64,000 nt of DNA from Cenococcum geophilum (lineage: Eukaryota). The stretch is taken from the NCBI GenBank assembly GCA_050273025.1, contig CP158635.1, positions 17,360,001 through 17,424,000 on the forward strand. The letters run 5' to 3'. This document shows, piece after piece, positions 61,620 to 64,000 of this stretch. The stretch's first letter is position 1. Each line of letters starts with the position of its first letter. Made by a program: the position numbers and the translations under genes. A model generated the notes under the pieces. It made no database searches, was not told the DNA's origin, and saw nothing but the letters and a program-made list of their open reading frames with translations.

Positions 61620-64000
61620 ATGACTCTTCGCCTTTGTTCACGCCTTTTCCACTCTTCTTTTCTTCGCCGTGAGCCCATCTCACATCTTCCTTTATCAGCT
61701 CCCCCACCATTTTTTTGTGCGTCAAAACATATCTTATTCAGCCATTCTCGCTGTATGTCCTTGCAAAGGCGCCCAAGTCCTACTTCACAAGACGAGCAAA
61801 CTTCAAAACGGCGGAAAGTCGAACATCAAGCTCCGCCCAAAACATATCCCCGCAGAGCTATGACTACAAATTTGAATCCCCAAACTCTCGAGCTCACGGA
61901 AGTTGAGACTACCCTGCGCCAGCTGTTGTTGGATGTAGCCGAATATATAGACCGCACGTCCGTGCCCGAACCCGTTGACCCCCAAGTGAAGGTACCAGAT
62001 GAGCTCGCAAAAGCTAAGATCGAGCTTCGCTTTACTGGAGGGTGGGTCCGGGACAAGCTGCTCGGCGTGGGCAGCCACGATATTGATGTTGCTATCAACA
62101 AGATGACTGGCTTCCAATTCGGGCTAAAAATGAGAGAATACCTCGAGATCCCTGGAAATCCAGAGAAATACGGAATAGCCCCAGCCTCATCCAGTACTAA
62201 AGCCAACGCGAATGGAAAGGGTAGAGACATCGGGCACGGTCTGTATAAGATTGAGGCAAACCCGGAGAAGTCAAAACACCTTGAAACAGTCACGACCAAA
62301 ATTCTAGGCTTAGATATCGACCTTGTGAACCTTCGCAAAGAAACGTATACTGAAGACAGCCGTAACCCTCAGATGGAATTTGGAACGCCGGAGGAGGACG
62401 CAATGAGGCGCGATGCCACTGTTAATGCCATGTTCTATAACCTTGAAACATGTGCTATCGAAGATTTCACGGGTCGTGGCTTCCAAGACATGCAACTAAA
62501 GATTATTCGAACCCCTTTGGAACCATATCAAACATTCAAAGACGATCCTCTAAGAGTTTTGAGATTGATCCGATTTGCAAGTAGGCTGAACTACAGCATC
62601 GACCCTGATACGGAGAATGCGATGGAAAACGAAGACATAAAAAGCGCCTTAAAATTAAAGATTAGTCGTGAGAGAGTTGGTATCGAGATAGAGAAGATGC
62701 TCAAGGGACCAGACCCACACAGGGCTCTAGCGCTCATCGATCGGCTTGGTCTCTACGACACTATCTTCACAGACCCAACAAAAGAGATATCGTACAAGCC
62801 CGATATTTCCTACATAAAACCCGCATATGACTGCGTTTTCGAGCTTTCGCGGTCTACCAGCGATCAAGAAACTCTCTCTGTAATATCATCAACCCTTCTC
62901 AGAAACTTTGACGAGAAATATCTAGCCTGGATTGCCGCCGCATTGGTTCCATGGGCCGACGCTCCATTACCCAATCCTCCTAAAAAAGGCGGCAAAACAA
63001 CTTACACTGCCCAACTAGTCGCTCGCGAGGGTATCAAGGCCCCCAATAAGATCTCTGAAGTGATTACATCTTCAGTGGAACATTCCGAAAATATTCGAGC
63101 TTTGAAGGACCGATGCGTGACTCAGCTGAAATATCCACATCGACGACAGGAAGGTGAGGATGCCACAGCAAGAGACACACTAGGGATGGCAATCCGGCGC
63201 TGGGGTCAAACGTGGAGGAGCCAAGTTCTATTCTCCTTGTTATACGAGGTCTCGATTGGATCAATTCCAAAAGACAGTGAGTATTTGACCTTAAATGTAT
63301 TTCATTCGTTTCTAACCTCATCACGTAGCGGTTATTTCGTCTTATGCCACCTTCCTCTCTCAATTGGTCAAGCTTGACGTTCTCGAGGCGTACAAATATA
63401 AACCCTTAGTCACAGGCACAGAGTTAGCAAGCGCTCTCTCAACACCCCCAGGACCATGGATGAAAGATGCGCTGGAAGTGGTAATGGCCTGGCAACTCCG
63501 GTACCCCGAGGTTAAAGACCGAGCCGCTGCAATCGAAGCAGTGAAAGCACACAACGAGGCTAAACTCCAAGACGAGACTAAACGCGAGGAAAAGAATAGT
63601 GAGCTCCCTGCCCGTCTCGCCACTCATTTCTTGCAGCTTACCATCCGCCCTCTGTTCACCTCCTCACAGAAACAGTCTCATCCAAATCTCACGGCGGCGG
63701 GTCGTAAAGCCACACAACCCAAACCCCACAAAACGCTCAATTTCGATGAGTCCGTCAAAGAGCTTTGGAAGGATCCACACTATGGATGGGCCTTAGACCT
63801 CCTTCGTTGGGTACTTTGTACGCTAGACTCCAAAGGTGTTGAAACGAATTGGGGTCTCATAGTTCCGCCCATTCTAAGAATGCTTGATGACATAGAAACG
63901 GCGTGGAAAGCAGCGGGATGCGAATTACTGACAATGCTATTGAATATCACTCCACCTGCACTACTAGCAAAAACTGGGCTTGGAAATGTATTCGAGGAAG
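61620..64000 (+). CDS. CCA1: tRNA nucleotidyltransferase (CCA-adding enzyme) extended in frame by a Tti2-like domain; runs off window
   Basis: GGWVRDKLLG..DIDVAI, EDAMRRDATVNA, DDPLRVLRLIRF, ISRERVG; intron 63277-63328; exon 2 open to base 64000. Confidence 0.92.

Overview
Eukaryotic DNA from a filamentous ascomycete (Pezizomycotina; a Dothideomycete-like lineage is my inference). Bases 1-~20.9 kb are an AT-rich, RIP-mutated nest of transposons that can be unpicked from target-site duplications: hAT remnant > LTR element A' > LTR element A > (2.8-kb TIR element made of minisatellites; Ty3/gypsy chromovirus B > 766-bp palindromic element; full-length Tad1-like LINE > second LINE). At the edge of the nest lie two divergent genes for secreted Cys-containing products (248 aa, and an unlisted ~57-aa prepropeptide) plus an F-box pseudogene. 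From 26.7 kb a gene-dense core block follows: DIB1 (apparent 2-nt frameshift), SEC1, SUV3, an atypical SDR, KEI1, an MFS transporter, U1A/U2B'', VMA8, SYF1, a metallo-beta-lactamase-fold pseudogene, a small conserved protein, a RIPed GalEa-type Copia element, TRS85 and CCA1. The most notable gene-level observation is that CCA1 (tRNA CCA-adding enzyme) continues in frame, without a stop, into a Tti2-like domain up to the window edge. All product calls are from motif recognition by eye; no searches were run.
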